DNA from: a virus | Taxonomy: Duplodnaviria > Caudoviricetes | DNA: 64,000 nt | IMG/VR virus record: IMGVR_UViG_3300010344_000850 | Coordinates: 37,711 to 101,710 of that record | Direction: 5' to 3' (one strand) | In this document: positions 8,770 through 18,766 of the stretch, one piece after another | Position numbering within the stretch: the stretch's first letter is position 1 | How the letters are laid out: each line of letters begins with the position of its first letter | Notes under the pieces: model-generated | Seen by the model: the letters and a program-made list of their open reading frames with translations, nothing else | What the model was told of the DNA's origin: nothing | The model's database searches: none | Program-made: the position numbers and the translations under genes

Positions 8770-11700
8770 TTGAGAATCACAAATATTCATAATATAAACA
8801 GAGAAACGTACCTCTTTTGTCGAAAGGAGGACGGAACTCAAGAAATCATTAAAGACAATTCCTTCTTCCCTTTCTATTATGAATATGACGCTCAGGGGAA
8901 ATATAGGGGATATGACGGAACTCCTCTTAAAAAAGTAATTGTAAGTAATCCTAGTGATGTTAGGAAGAATAGGTCTTTAGGTTCTTTCGGAAGCGATATT
9001 TCTTTTAAGAAACTTTACTTAACTCATAAAGTTAAGGAAATAGAAAAAGCTCCTGTTCGCTTTATGTTTATTGATATTGAAATTCAAACAAAAGAACTAC
9101 CCGATATTAGACAAGCTAAAGCTCCTATTACTTGTATCAGCGTTTATGATAGTTTCAATAAGACAGTAGAAACGTTCTGGATAAAAGATTATGATAGTGA
9201 GGAAACTCTGATTAATGAGTTTATTCATTATGTTAAACTCTGTAGTCCTGATTTGCTTTGTTTAACTCCTGATACAATAGTAAAAACACCTAATGGATTT
9301 ACAAAATTAAGCAATCTTAAAATTGGAGATACTGTTTTATCAGTTAATAAGGAGAACAAATTTTCAGAAGCGAAGATAATTAATCTTTTTAAAAGTAAAA
9401 AGGAACTGTTAAAGTTTACAACAAAAAAGGACACTATAACATCTTCAAAAGACCACCTTTTTCCTGTTTTTAATGAAAATGAGTTTAAAATTACTAACAG
9501 TTATCAAGCTACTTCTCTTAAAAAAGCTAAAGATATTAAAGAAGGAGATTTCTTTCTTAATCCTATTAATTATCTTCATGACGATGGAAAAAGAAGTGAT
9601 TTCCATTGGTTAATGGGCTATTATTTCGCTGATGGAACAAAGGGGATTAATAAGAGACTAGAAATCAAGGACGAAAATAAAGAGCTTCTAGAGGAAGCTC
9701 AGAAAATCTTTAAGGAACTAGGAATTGAATCTAAGATAAGACTATCTAAAACTTGTTACCTCTTATATTCTGAACAAAGTTTTAAAGCTTTGGCTTTAAA
9801 AAATAAAATAACAGAGAACTACAATAATCTTCCTACTTATTTGAACTCCTTATCAGTAGGAGAACAAATTTCCTTAATCTCTGGATTTATAGATGGAGAT
9901 GGAAGAGCTAACAGCTCTATGAGCGTAGGAACTATCAACGAATATCTCATAGATTGGATATCTTATGTTTTGTGGGGATTAGGCATCCCTAATAAAAAAA
10001 GAACAGATTTTCCTAGAAAAGAAACAAACGAAAAACCTTTTCACAGCGTAAATATTGAAAGAACGTCTTTTAATTCTATTTTTTACTTAAAGCACCCTAA
10101 GAAAAAGAAATATTTAACTCTTACTGATAAATGCTGTAACAATACAGTTCCTTTTATTAAAGTGTTACAAAAATTAGTAGGAACTTGGAAAATACAACTT
10201 CCTAGTTATCTGAAAAAAGAATTTTGGAAAAACGATTATCAAATCAATAAAAAAGCAGCGTTACATATTCTTAATTTTTTACTTTCTTGCAATTTAAAAC
10301 ATTCAAATAAACATTTTGTTTTAAAACTGATTAATCTTTTAGAAAACTTCTACTTCTCTAAAATAGAGGAAATAGAGGAAATTTCTGAGGGAGACACAAT
10401 AGAAATTAGCTTAGATAAACATTTTCTGTTTATAGCAAATAATATTTTAACACATAACTGTGGGTGGAACGTATCCTTCGATTATAATTATTTACATAAT
10501 CGTATCAAGAACTTCGCTAAAAGAATCAGTCCTATAAATCAAGATAGGTTCGCTCCTGAGGAATATAAGTATCCTGCTGGAATATCAATACTTGATTATA
10601 TGAGCCTCTTCAAAAAAGTATTCATGAGAGAGGCTAGTTACGCTTTGAACAACATTTCTCAGAAATACTTGAATGATGATGATTGGGGAGAGACGGACTT
10701 CTCACAGGTAACTGACGATATTAAAGAAAAGAATATCAATGACGTAAAACGCTTAGTTAAGTTAGAAGAAAAATTTAATCTATTAGGTTATTTTGATGAA
10801 ATTCGAAGATTGACGAAGGTACAGTGGGAAGACCTTTACCACAACTCCGCTATCATTGAATCTCTTCTTTTCGAAGAAGCTAAGAAGATGAATATCGTTC
10901 TCCCTAATAAACAGGAGAAGGTAGAAAACACTTCTTTTCAAGGAGCTACGAGAGAATCTAGTAAGACAGGGGCTTTATTTAATATCGGGAAGTATGATTT
11001 AGAATCAGCTTATCCTAGTATGATTATTAATTTCTGTTTAGATTTTCAGAACATTGTTACAGCTAAAGATACAATGACTCCTTCTGATTTAAAAAATGTA
11101 GTTGATATAGACGGAATATTGTTTAAACAAAATCCTAATACTCTTGTTCCGAATATGGTAAGAAAGATATTAACTCTTAAGAACAATCTCAAAAAAGAAC
11201 TCGCTGAACACCCTAGCGAAGAATTAAAACTTAAATATAACGCTATTAAGGCAGTGGCAAATAGTGCCTTTGGAGCTTTCGGAAATCAATACTTCAGGCT
11301 TTATGATAATAGGATTACATCTTCTATCACTTATCTTGTTAGAGATTTGTTGATGTATACTAAAGATGAGTTAGAAAAGAAGAGTATTGAGACAGTGTAT
11401 TGGGACACAGATTCAATTTTCGCTGATACTACAGTGAATATTCTCCCTATGTTAAACGAAACTATTCAAAAGTGGGGGAAAGAAAAGTACAATAAAGATA
11501 GTATAGCTTTAAAGTATGACTACGAAGGCTATTTCGAGAAACTCTTTCTCTTAGCCAAGTGTCGTTATATCGGATATCTTAATAAAAAAGGTAAAGGGAA
11601 GATTGAACAAGAAGTTAAAGGAGTTGAAGTAAAGCGAGTATCATCGGCTAAATTTGAAGGACAATTTCAAGAGAAGCTAATAGATATGATTCTAGATAAA

Positions 11701-12102
11701 AAATCTAGAGAAGAAGTAGAAGATTTTATCTTAGAACAAAAAAAAGCTTTAAAGAAAGCCCCTTTAGAAGATATAGCTTTCCCTATTAAATTATCCTCTA
11801 TTGTTTATAAAGGAAACCCTATTCAGAAAAGATGTTTAGATAATAGTAGAATAGTTTTTAAGGATATGAAAATAGGAGTAGGCGAAGTATTCTATTATAT
11901 CTTTGTAAAAGGCTACGGCTATGATAAATCTAATAAAGAAATTAACGTATTAGCCTTTAAAAAAGGACAGAATATTATTCCTAGAGAAAAGGTAGATTTT
12001 GAGGAAATGACAAGACGAAATATCGACGCTAAAATTTCAACAATCTATGAGGCTATGGGATGGAGCATTCAATCAGACGAACGTCAAGGGAGGCTTTTTT
12101 AA
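8770..12102 (+). CDS. Family B DNA polymerase with an intein in the 3'-5' exonuclease domain
   Basis: ExoI FIDIE, ExoII GWNVSFD, motif A YDLESAYPS, motif B KAVANSAFG, motif C YWDTDS, KGVEVKR. Confidence 0.95.
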   Translation: MRITNIHNINRETYLFCRKEDGTQEIIKDNSFFPFYYEYDAQGKYRGYDGTPLKKVIVSNPSDVRKNRSLGSFGSDISFKKLYLTHKVKEIEKAPVRFMFIDIEIQTKELPDIRQAKAPITCISVYDSFNKTVETFWIKDYDSEETLINEFIHYVKLCSPDLLCLTPDTIVKTPNGFTKLSNLKIGDTVLSVNKENKFSEAKIINLFKSKKELLKFTTKKDTITSSKDHLFPVFNENEFKITNSYQATSLKKAKDIKEGDFFLNPINYLHDDGKRSDFHWLMGYYFADGTKGINKRLEIKDENKELLEEAQKIFKELGIESKIRLSKTCYLLYSEQSFKALALKNKITENYNNLPTYLNSLSVGEQISLISGFIDGDGRANSSMSVGTINEYLIDWISYVLWGLGIPNKKRTDFPRKETNEKPFHSVNIERTSFNSIFYLKHPKKKKYLTLTDKCCNNTVPFIKVLQKLVGTWKIQLPSYLKKEFWKNDYQINKKAALHILNFLLSCNLKHSNKHFVLKLINLLENFYFSKIEEIEEISEGDTIEISLDKHFLFIANNILTHNCGWNVSFDYNYLHNRIKNFAKRISPINQDRFAPEEYKYPAGISILDYMSLFKKVFMREASYALNNISQKYLNDDDWGETDFSQVTDDIKEKNINDVKRLVKLEEKFNLLGYFDEIRRLTKVQWEDLYHNSAIIESLLFEEAKKMNIVLPNKQEKVENTSFQGATRESSKTGALFNIGKYDLESAYPSMIINFCLDFQNIVTAKDTMTPSDLKNVVDIDGILFKQNPNTLVPNMVRKILTLKNNLKKELAEHPSEELKLKYNAIKAVANSAFGAFGNQYFRLYDNRITSSITYLVRDLLMYTKDELEKKSIETVYWDTDSIFADTTVNILPMLNETIQKWGKEKYNKDSIALKYDYEGYFEKLFLLAKCRYIGYLNKKGKGKIEQEVKGVEVKRVSSAKFEGQFQEKLIDMILDKKSREEVEDFILEQKKALKKAPLEDIAFPIKLSSIVYKGNPIQKRCLDNSRIVFKDMKIGVGEVFYYIFVKGYGYDKSNKEINVLAFKKGQNIIPREKVDFEEMTRRNIDAKISTIYEAMGWSIQSDERQGRLF
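9259..10458 (+). mobile_element. Intein 3 (LAGLIDADG) just before the PolB ExoII motif
   Basis: Starts CLTPDT; SKDH; MGYYFADG and ISGFIDGDG; ends ILTHN followed by Cys. Confidence 0.95.
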
Positions 12103-12339
12103 ATGAGTGAAAGTATAACTATTTTTGTAAACATTATAGATAAAATTAACGAGCTTGAAAAAATGATAGCTTTAAATGATGAAAGAGAACTCGCTCATTT
12201 TCTTCTTCATTACGATAAGGATAAATATGAGGTCGTTGACATTGAATATAAATACGGCTCAGTTCATACAAATATGAGAGAATTTTTTATACAAAATCCC
12301 GATAATTTTGAACATGGACAAGAAAAAGGAGAAAACTAA
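12103..12339 (+). CDS. Hypothetical protein
   Basis: GGAGG RBS; coupled ORF. Confidence 0.6.
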   Translation: MSESITIFVNIIDKINELEKMIALNDERELAHFLLHYDKDKYEVVDIEYKYGSVHTNMREFFIQNPDNFEHGQEKGEN

Positions 12340-12548
12340 TGATTACTTTTCGTGATTTAAGTTTTGAAATTAAGAAGGCTGAAAAAGAATGTGAAAGTAC
12401 TACCGATAATACTAAACTCTTGAAGGCTCTAGTTAAGCTTCAGACCTTACAGCTTAAGCTTCTTCATTCTATCAGATCAAATTCCGTGTTGTTAATGAAA
12501 GCTCAGGGAATTAGTTTTCAGGATAAACAGAACAAGGACGGCGAGTAA
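12339..12548 (+). CDS. Hypothetical protein
   Basis: AAGGAG RBS; TAATG coupling. Confidence 0.6.
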   Translation: MITFRDLSFEIKKAEKECESTTDNTKLLKALVKLQTLQLKLLHSIRSNSVLLMKAQGISFQDKQNKDGE

Positions 12549-12549
12549 G

Positions 12550-12972
12550 ATGCACACTTGGGGAGAAGAAGATTTCGATTGGGAAGGATTAGATAAAGCT
12601 GTCAGCTTTATTCACGCTAATTTACTTCGTTTCGGAAGAATAGAGGTTAGACAGTCTAAAGAAAAATTCGGAACCGCAAGGATTTATTGTTCTTTAGGCT
12701 TCTCTCAGCTTCACTCTATTACTCATCCTGGACATTGTTACAATAGATATCCTAAGTGGCTATGGAACTTAGACTGTATCTACGGAAGTAAGCTTATTCC
12801 TTTCTTATTTAATTGGTGGGTAGTCCCTTATCAGAAGTTTGTCTATAGAAAGGTCTATCAAGAAGCTTGTAAGAGGTGGCCTCATTTAGAAAAGGAGATT
12901 TGTTGTTGTGCAGATTTTAGAGAACTATTAACTTTTTATCCCTCTGAAAATTTAAGAAAGGGAGAAGTGTAA
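12550..12972 (+). CDS. Conserved-type phage hypothetical protein
   Basis: VRQSKEKFGTARIY motif typical of a widespread phage family. Confidence 0.6.
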   Translation: MHTWGEEDFDWEGLDKAVSFIHANLLRFGRIEVRQSKEKFGTARIYCSLGFSQLHSITHPGHCYNRYPKWLWNLDCIYGSKLIPFLFNWWVVPYQKFVYRKVYQEACKRWPHLEKEICCCADFRELLTFYPSENLRKGEV

Positions 12973-12976
12973 AAAG

Positions 12977-14899
12977 ATGCCTAATAGAATTATTACAGAT
13001 GAATTTTTAAAAAAGTACAAAGGAAAACAACCTCCTTGGGGATACGCAGGCTTGGGATATGTGGTTTACAAACGCACTTATTCTCGTCTCAAGGAAGATA
13101 ACACTTATGAAGAATGGCATGAGACAGTAGCGAGATGTATTAACGGCTCACAGGAAATCGGAGCTGATTACACGAAAGCGGAAGCTGAACGTCTTTTTGA
13201 TTATATGTTTAATTTAAAGTGTAATATGGCGGGTCGTATGTTATGGCAACTCGGTACTTCTCATATTAAGCGTTACGGAGGAAATTCACTCTTGAATTGC
13301 TGGGCAACAAAGATTGATACACCTGAAGCGTTTTGTTTTCTTTTTGAGAATCTTATGTTAGGCGGAGGGGTAGGATTTAGCGTTAGCCGTGAGGATGTTT
13401 ATCAACTTCCTAATGTTAAAGAAGGAGTTAAAGTAGCTCATATTAACACAAAAGACGCTGATTTTATTGTTCCTGATAGTAGGGAGGGGTGGGTTTCATT
13501 ACTGAGAAGGCTTCTTAAGTGTTTCTTTATTACAGGACGTTCTTTCACTTATTCTACTATTCTTGTCAGAGGATACGGAGAGAGGATTCAGGGATTTGGT
13601 GGAACAGCTAGTGGCCCAGGGATTCTTGTAGACGGAATTGATAAGATTGTTAAAATCTTTCAAAGTAGAGAAACTAAGAAACTGCGTTCTGTAGATGTTT
13701 TAGATATCTGTAATATTATCGGTTCTATTGTAGTATCGGGTAACGTGCGTCGAAGTGCTCAGGTCTCCATAGGCGACCCTGATGATTATCTCTTTATGAG
13801 AGCTAAGAGGTGGGACTTAGGAGATATTCCTAATTGGAGAGCTTTGTCGAATAATACAATCTACGCCGATGACTACTCTCATTTAACTAAGGATTTTTGG
13901 GAAGGCTACGAGGGGAACGGAGAGCCTTACGGATTATTCAACGTTAAGTTAGCTCAAACAGTAGGTCGAGCAGGAGAACATAAAAAAGACAACGGCGACC
14001 TAGTGAATCCATGTTGCGAGATAGTCTTAGCTAATATGGAATGTTGTAATTTAAGCGAAGTTTATCTCAATAACGTAGAGTCTAAAGAAGAATTAAAAGA
14101 CATAGTAAAGCTTCTTTATAAGACACAAAAAGCTGTTTGTACTCTCCCTTTTATTCATGAAGAAACAAATAAAATCGTTCATAAGAATATGAGGATAGGA
14201 GTAGGGATGACGGGTATTTGTCAGTCATTAGAGAAGTTAGAGTGGTTAGATGAGACTTATAAGGATTTAAAACATTTTGATAAGGAGTGGAGTAAGAAGA
14301 AGGATTATTACGAAAGTATTCGTCTTACGACTGTTAAGCCTAGCGGAACATTAAGTTTGTTAGCGGGGGCTACTCCAGGAGTTCATCCTGCTTATAGTCA
14401 GTATTATATTAGAAGAGTGAGGATGGCTTCAGATGATAAGATGGTGAAGGTTTGTAAGGATTTAGGTTATCATACGGAATATGTTAAGAACTTTGACGGA
14501 ACTGAGAATTATAATACTACGATTGTAGAGTTTCCTTGTTATGCAGGGGATAATGTTATTGTAGCTAAAGACATGTCAGCCGTTAAACAGTTAGAATTAG
14601 TCAAGAAGATGCAGGAAATATGGTCGGATAATTCAGTGAGTGTTACTGTTTATTATAAAAAAGAAGAGTTGCCTGAGATTAAGAAATGGTTAAAAGAGAA
14701 TTATAAAAATAGTCTTAAAACAGTCAGTTTTCTTCTTCATCAGGAACACGGCTTTAAACAAGCTCCTTACGAAGAAATTACTAAAGAAAAATATAATGAA
14801 TTAATGAAGAATATTAAACCTATTAAGTATTCTAAAATCGACGGAGGAACTGATTTAGATGTCGAGGAATGTGCGGGAGGAGTTTGCCCTATCAAATGA
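12977..14899 (+). CDS. nrdJ: Class II (adenosylcobalamin-dependent) ribonucleotide reductase
   Basis: KRTYSR, GGGVG, VVSGNVRRSA, NPCCE, TVKPSGT, C-terminal CAGGVCP. Confidence 0.95.
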   Translation: MPNRIITDEFLKKYKGKQPPWGYAGLGYVVYKRTYSRLKEDNTYEEWHETVARCINGSQEIGADYTKAEAERLFDYMFNLKCNMAGRMLWQLGTSHIKRYGGNSLLNCWATKIDTPEAFCFLFENLMLGGGVGFSVSREDVYQLPNVKEGVKVAHINTKDADFIVPDSREGWVSLLRRLLKCFFITGRSFTYSTILVRGYGERIQGFGGTASGPGILVDGIDKIVKIFQSRETKKLRSVDVLDICNIIGSIVVSGNVRRSAQVSIGDPDDYLFMRAKRWDLGDIPNWRALSNNTIYADDYSHLTKDFWEGYEGNGEPYGLFNVKLAQTVGRAGEHKKDNGDLVNPCCEIVLANMECCNLSEVYLNNVESKEELKDIVKLLYKTQKAVCTLPFIHEETNKIVHKNMRIGVGMTGICQSLEKLEWLDETYKDLKHFDKEWSKKKDYYESIRLTTVKPSGTLSLLAGATPGVHPAYSQYYIRRVRMASDDKMVKVCKDLGYHTEYVKNFDGTENYNTTIVEFPCYAGDNVIVAKDMSAVKQLELVKKMQEIWSDNSVSVTVYYKKEELPEIKKWLKENYKNSLKTVSFLLHQEHGFKQAPYEEITKEKYNELMKNIKPIKYSKIDGGTDLDVEECAGGVCPIK

Positions 14900-15261
14900 A
14901 AACCTCAATTTTATTATGCGATTTCGATGGAACGCTTTGTTCTCATGAGTACCCTAATATAGGTAAACCTAACGTTCATGTTATTGAATTTGTTAAGAAT
15001 TTTAGAAAAAAGGGGAATAAAGTTATCCTTCATACTTGTAGGGGAGGTAAATGTTTAGAGAAAGCTTTAAGGTGGTGCGAGAAACATGGATTAGAATTTG
15101 ACGCTATAAATGATGATTTACCTGAGATAAAAGAAACAAGATTCGGGAAGACGAAGAGTAAGAAAATCTACGGAAATATTACATTAGATGATAAGGCTCT
15201 TCATCCTGAAACTTTAAAAGTATTAAAAAATAAATACAGGGAGATTGATAATGACGATTGA
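14896..15261 (+). CDS. HAD-superfamily phosphatase
   Basis: DFDGTL, HTCR, K...LDDK; ATGA overlap with nrdJ. Confidence 0.85.
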   Translation: MKTSILLCDFDGTLCSHEYPNIGKPNVHVIEFVKNFRKKGNKVILHTCRGGKCLEKALRWCEKHGLEFDAINDDLPEIKETRFGKTKSKKIYGNITLDDKALHPETLKVLKNKYREIDNDD

Positions 15262-15403
15262 AAAAGTTGATTTAGAGAAGGTAGCTATACTGATTGATAA
15301 AGTTCGTCAGCTAAGAGATGAATACTTACTTTTATCCTCAGATGAACAAATCGCTTATGATTCTATTATGGATGATATGATTAAAACAGAAGAGAGTAAA
15401 TAA
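15251..15403 (+). CDS. Small hypothetical protein (50 aa)
   Basis: GGAG RBS; MTIEKVDLEKVAIL...; fills the gap. Confidence 0.55.
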   Translation: MTIEKVDLEKVAILIDKVRQLRDEYLLLSSDEQIAYDSIMDDMIKTEESK

Positions 15404-15404
15404 T

Positions 15405-16175
15405 ATGAATCCGAGAATATTAATTCTTGACTTGGAAACAGCACCCGCTAAGGTTTATACTTGGGGTCTTTTTGACCAAAACATCGGAACAAATCGGATT
15501 GTTGATGACGGATATGTGCTTTGTTGGTGTGCCAAATATTTAGGAGATAAAAATGTACTAAGCGACGCTCTTATTAATTATCCTGATTATTACAAGAAAA
15601 ATCCTCGTTGTGATAAGAAGATAGCTGAGTCGTTGTGGAAATTAATGAATGAGGCTGATATTATTGTTACTCATAACGGGCAGTCATTTGATATACCGTG
15701 GGCTAATACGCTATTCTGTAAACACGGATTAAAGCCTGTAAGTCCGTTTAAAAATGTAGATACTTATTTAGCTGTAAGAAAGAAATTCCGATTCATAAGC
15801 AACAAATTAGATTTTATCTGTAGAAAGCTTGATGTAGGACACAAACTCTCGACAGGAGGTTTTGAGTTGTGGGAGAAATGTATGAGAGGAGAAAAGAAGG
15901 CGTGGAAACATATGGTGCAGTATTGTAAACACGACGTAAAGCTCCTTGAGAAGTTGTATCTCATTATTCGTCCTTATGTTCACGGACATCCTAATGTCAA
16001 TCTTTACAGAGGAGTTGTAGGAGAAGTTTGTCCTAATTGCGGAGAGAAGGAATTAGAGCGTAGAGGTTTTGAGTATACATCTCAATGCAAATATCAAAGA
16101 TATGTATGTAAAGCTTGTGGTCGTTGGAGTAGAGGGAAGAAACCTGAAGCTAAAACAACAATAACAGGAATCTAA
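15405..16175 (+). CDS. DnaQ/RNase H-like 3'-5' exonuclease with C-terminal Zn ribbon
   Basis: ILDLET, THNGQSFD, YCKHDV; CPNC...CKAC. Confidence 0.85.
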   Translation: MNPRILILDLETAPAKVYTWGLFDQNIGTNRIVDDGYVLCWCAKYLGDKNVLSDALINYPDYYKKNPRCDKKIAESLWKLMNEADIIVTHNGQSFDIPWANTLFCKHGLKPVSPFKNVDTYLAVRKKFRFISNKLDFICRKLDVGHKLSTGGFELWEKCMRGEKKAWKHMVQYCKHDVKLLEKLYLIIRPYVHGHPNVNLYRGVVGEVCPNCGEKELERRGFEYTSQCKYQRYVCKACGRWSRGKKPEAKTTITGI

Positions 16176-16176
16176 G

Positions 16177-16443
16177 ATGTGGCACTATAGAATATGTAAA
16201 AGAAAAGATAAACAAGGAAATATATATTTCAACGTTGTTGAATTTTACAAAAATGTTCCTACAGGAAAAGGAAATAAAAAAACAAATCTTTAGTCTCAAG
16301 AACCAGAAGCTCCTTTCGGAGAGACTAAAAAAGAACTAATAGAGTGTCTAAAAATGATGTTGAAAGATTGTGAACATTACTCTGTTTTAGATGAAACTAA
16401 ACAGCGAAAAAAGGGTCAAAAACGAGCTAAAAAGCTTCGGTAG
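16177..16443 (+). pseudogene. Phage protein interrupted by an in-frame TAG at 16291-16293
   Basis: MWHYRICK...KKTNL*SQEPEAPFGETKKELIECLKMMLKD reads as one protein across the stop. Confidence 0.65.
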
Positions 16444-16567
16444 GGGTAGGAGTAAGGGGGTACTCAAAACTACGCTAAAACACCCCTATTTTATTCGTGA
16501 TTCGTCCTAAAAACCCCCCTTTTTAGGGGTATTTTTCGTTTTGAAGCAAATCCGAAATACCCCTTTT
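16412..16567. repeat. A-tract/C-tract motif cluster related to the 62.8-63.1 kb region
   Basis: AAAACACCCCTATTTT (16477-16492), AAAAACCCCCCTTTTAGGGGTATTTTT, AAATACCCCTTTTT. Confidence 0.6.
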
Positions 16568-16583
16568 TAAGGATATTGAGAAA

Positions 16584-16757
16584 ATGAGCGAAAAACGAGA
16601 AAAAATATACGAATGTGAGATATGTAGGTATACTGAACTTCGTATCAATCATTACGAAGAATTTCTTAAAAAATGCGGGAAATGTATGAAGAAATACCGA
16701 GATAGTTTAGATAGTAAAAATATTAAGAGGGATAAAAAGAGCTATGGCGAGATTTGA
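16584..16757 (+). CDS. Small zinc-ribbon protein (57 aa)
   Basis: YECEIC...CGKC. Confidence 0.55.
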   Translation: MSEKREKIYECEICRYTELRINHYEEFLKKCGKCMKKYRDSLDSKNIKRDKKSYGEI

Positions 16758-16935
16758 TTCGGACGGTGCTGGGAAAGGCGACAGTTACCGTGATGTAAAT
16801 AAGAAAAAATATGACGAGAATTTTGATAGGATATTTGGAAAGAAACCTTTAAATATTATGAAAGAGAAAGAAGATGAAGAAACTGAAGGAAGTGAAACGA
16901 AACGGAACTTGGATTATGATAATCAAAATCTATGA
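16744..16935 (+). CDS. Small phage protein
   Basis: GKGDSYR...YDENFDRIFGKK, a recurrent small phage protein pattern. Confidence 0.6.
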   Translation: MARFDSDGAGKGDSYRDVNKKKYDENFDRIFGKKPLNIMKEKEDEETEGSETKRNLDYDNQNL

Positions 16936-17060
16936 AAAAATCTAAAATTAAAATCAGAGCAACATGGGAAATATCTCCCGTGACAAGAGTAAAACAAAGT
17001 AAAAAGAAGTATAAAAGAAAGAAGATAGATTTGCAAAAGGAGATTGAGAATGAAGACTGA
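16932..17060 (+). CDS. Small basic peptide (42 aa)
   Basis: GA-rich upstream context, ATGA overlap; MKKSKIKIRATWEISPVTRVKQSKKKYKRKK... Confidence 0.5.
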   Translation: MKKSKIKIRATWEISPVTRVKQSKKKYKRKKIDLQKEIENED

Positions 17061-17343
17061 CAAAGAATCAGAAGTTAAGATTGATAAAATGACTTTGAAT
17101 ATTGACGGAGAGAAAGTATCTCTTACTATCGAACAAGCTAAGAAGCTTAAGAAAGTTCTTGATGAATTGTTCGGTAAAGAGGTTATTAAAGAAGTAGTGA
17201 AGGAAATTGAACATCATTATCATAAGGATTATTATTGGGATTTGGCAAAGCCTTACGTTACTTGGGGCGAAACAAATGAGTTTGCTCCTCTGCCTGATGT
17301 AGTTTATTACGCAGACATGAAAACTCTAAATGTGAATTTCTAA
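17050..17343 (+). CDS. Hypothetical protein
   Basis: AAGGAG RBS favours the ATG at 17050 over the track start at 17044. Confidence 0.6.
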   Translation: MKTDKESEVKIDKMTLNIDGEKVSLTIEQAKKLKKVLDELFGKEVIKEVVKEIEHHYHKDYYWDLAKPYVTWGETNEFAPLPDVVYYADMKTLNVNF

Positions 17344-17393
17344 TGTTTAATAATTTTTCAAAATAGAAAACAACAATAAAAATAAAGAATTCT

Positions 17394-18257
17394 ATGAGGA
17401 ACTTCGTGATAGATAATATTGTAGTTGGAGACTGTCACATTAAAGAAAACGCTATAGATGAATTAGATTCTATCTTTTCAGAGATAATAACTTATAAGAG
17501 TAAAAAATTAATAATCTTAGGAGATTACTATCATTCCAATAGACCTACAGGTAAGGAACTAGAATTCGGAACAAGATGGATAGATTCTTTTAGAAATCTT
17601 TATGAGGAAGTAGTTCTAATTAAAGGAAATCATGAAGCGTCTTCTGATAACTGTACTTGCGTTGATTATTTAAGATATTTAAATATAGGAGTTGTAGACA
17701 CCTATATTAAAGACGATTGTTATTTTGCTCATCATTTTTTGAGTGAAAGTGAGTTAGCTTTCGGAACAGGAAAATATTCTATCGCTGATTTAAAAGATTA
17801 CCGCTATGTTCTTCTCGGCCACCAGCATAAGTTCCAAGAGTTAGCTCCTAATATGTATCATTTAGGGGCTGTTAGAAAATGTGATTTCGGAGAAGCCTTT
17901 TATTCTCAGCCTAGAATAGCTTTATTTAAGGATGGAGAACTAGAGTTTAAGGAGTTAAAATCTCCTAGTCAAATCATTATCTGTTCTCATCCTAATGAAC
18001 TAAAAGGCTTAAACGAGAATAGTAGGATATTGTATATCTTTAATAGTTTTGAACAATTCTTAAATGAAATAGGAGAGGTTAATATCCAGAAACCTCTTTT
18101 TAAAGAATTAAAAATGAAAATGAACTTTAAGAAAGATGATAAAAAATATGAGAAAAATGAAAATCAATCTTTCAAGGAATTGTTTCAAGCCTTCTTAGAA
18201 AATTTAGCTCCTGATGTTAAAAAAGAACTAGAAGAAGTGATAGAATATGAAATATAG
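17394..18257 (+). CDS. Mre11/SbcD-like metallophosphoesterase nuclease
   Basis: GDCH, LGD, KGNHE, LGHQH motifs; paired with a Rad50-like ATPase. Confidence 0.88.
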   Translation: MRNFVIDNIVVGDCHIKENAIDELDSIFSEIITYKSKKLIILGDYYHSNRPTGKELEFGTRWIDSFRNLYEEVVLIKGNHEASSDNCTCVDYLRYLNIGVVDTYIKDDCYFAHHFLSESELAFGTGKYSIADLKDYRYVLLGHQHKFQELAPNMYHLGAVRKCDFGEAFYSQPRIALFKDGELEFKELKSPSQIIICSHPNELKGLNENSRILYIFNSFEQFLNEIGEVNIQKPLFKELKMKMNFKKDDKKYEKNENQSFKELFQAFLENLAPDVKKELEEVIEYEI

Positions 18258-18573
18258 ATTTAAACTAAAAGGCGAAGAACTTAAAAAATGTGAAAATTAT
18301 TATAAAGTTCTAGTAGCCTTAGAAGCTGAAAAAGAATATCCTATAATATGCGGCCATGGTGGAGAAGAGTGGCTGTGTCCTAAGTGTGCTCATGAGATTA
18401 CGCAATTCTCTCAATTTGAAAACGAAACTACTCAAGTTGAATATCAATGCCCAATTTGTCCTTTGTGCGGTAGACCTATTTATCCTAATTCGGAATGGAC
18501 TTTGTGGAAGAAGGCTAGAGAGTCTTTTATAGCTATTCATAAGGTTTGTGAAAAGATATATGATGTACGTTAA
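18247..18573 (+). CDS. Cys-rich hypothetical protein
   Basis: CGH...CPKC, CPLC...HKVC. Confidence 0.55.
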   Translation: MKYRFKLKGEELKKCENYYKVLVALEAEKEYPIICGHGGEEWLCPKCAHEITQFSQFENETTQVEYQCPICPLCGRPIYPNSEWTLWKKARESFIAIHKVCEKIYDVR

Positions 18574-18766
18574 GTGGTTATGGATGGAATGTGAGAAGTT
18601 TACGGCTACAGTAGATTTAAATCAGAACGATACCGTAATAGACGCTCCTCCTCAAATGAAGAACTTTGTAGGAAAACATAAAAGCTGTTTAGAATTTTAT
18701 CTTAAAAGCGAATATCCTGACATAGAAATACAAGAGAGAAAGATATTTTTTAATGATAATTCATAA
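18560..18766 (+). CDS. Hypothetical protein
   Basis: ORF track 18548-18766; internal Met preferred. Confidence 0.5.
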   Translation: MMYVKWLWMECEKFTATVDLNQNDTVIDAPPQMKNFVGKHKSCLEFYLKSEYPDIEIQERKIFFNDNS

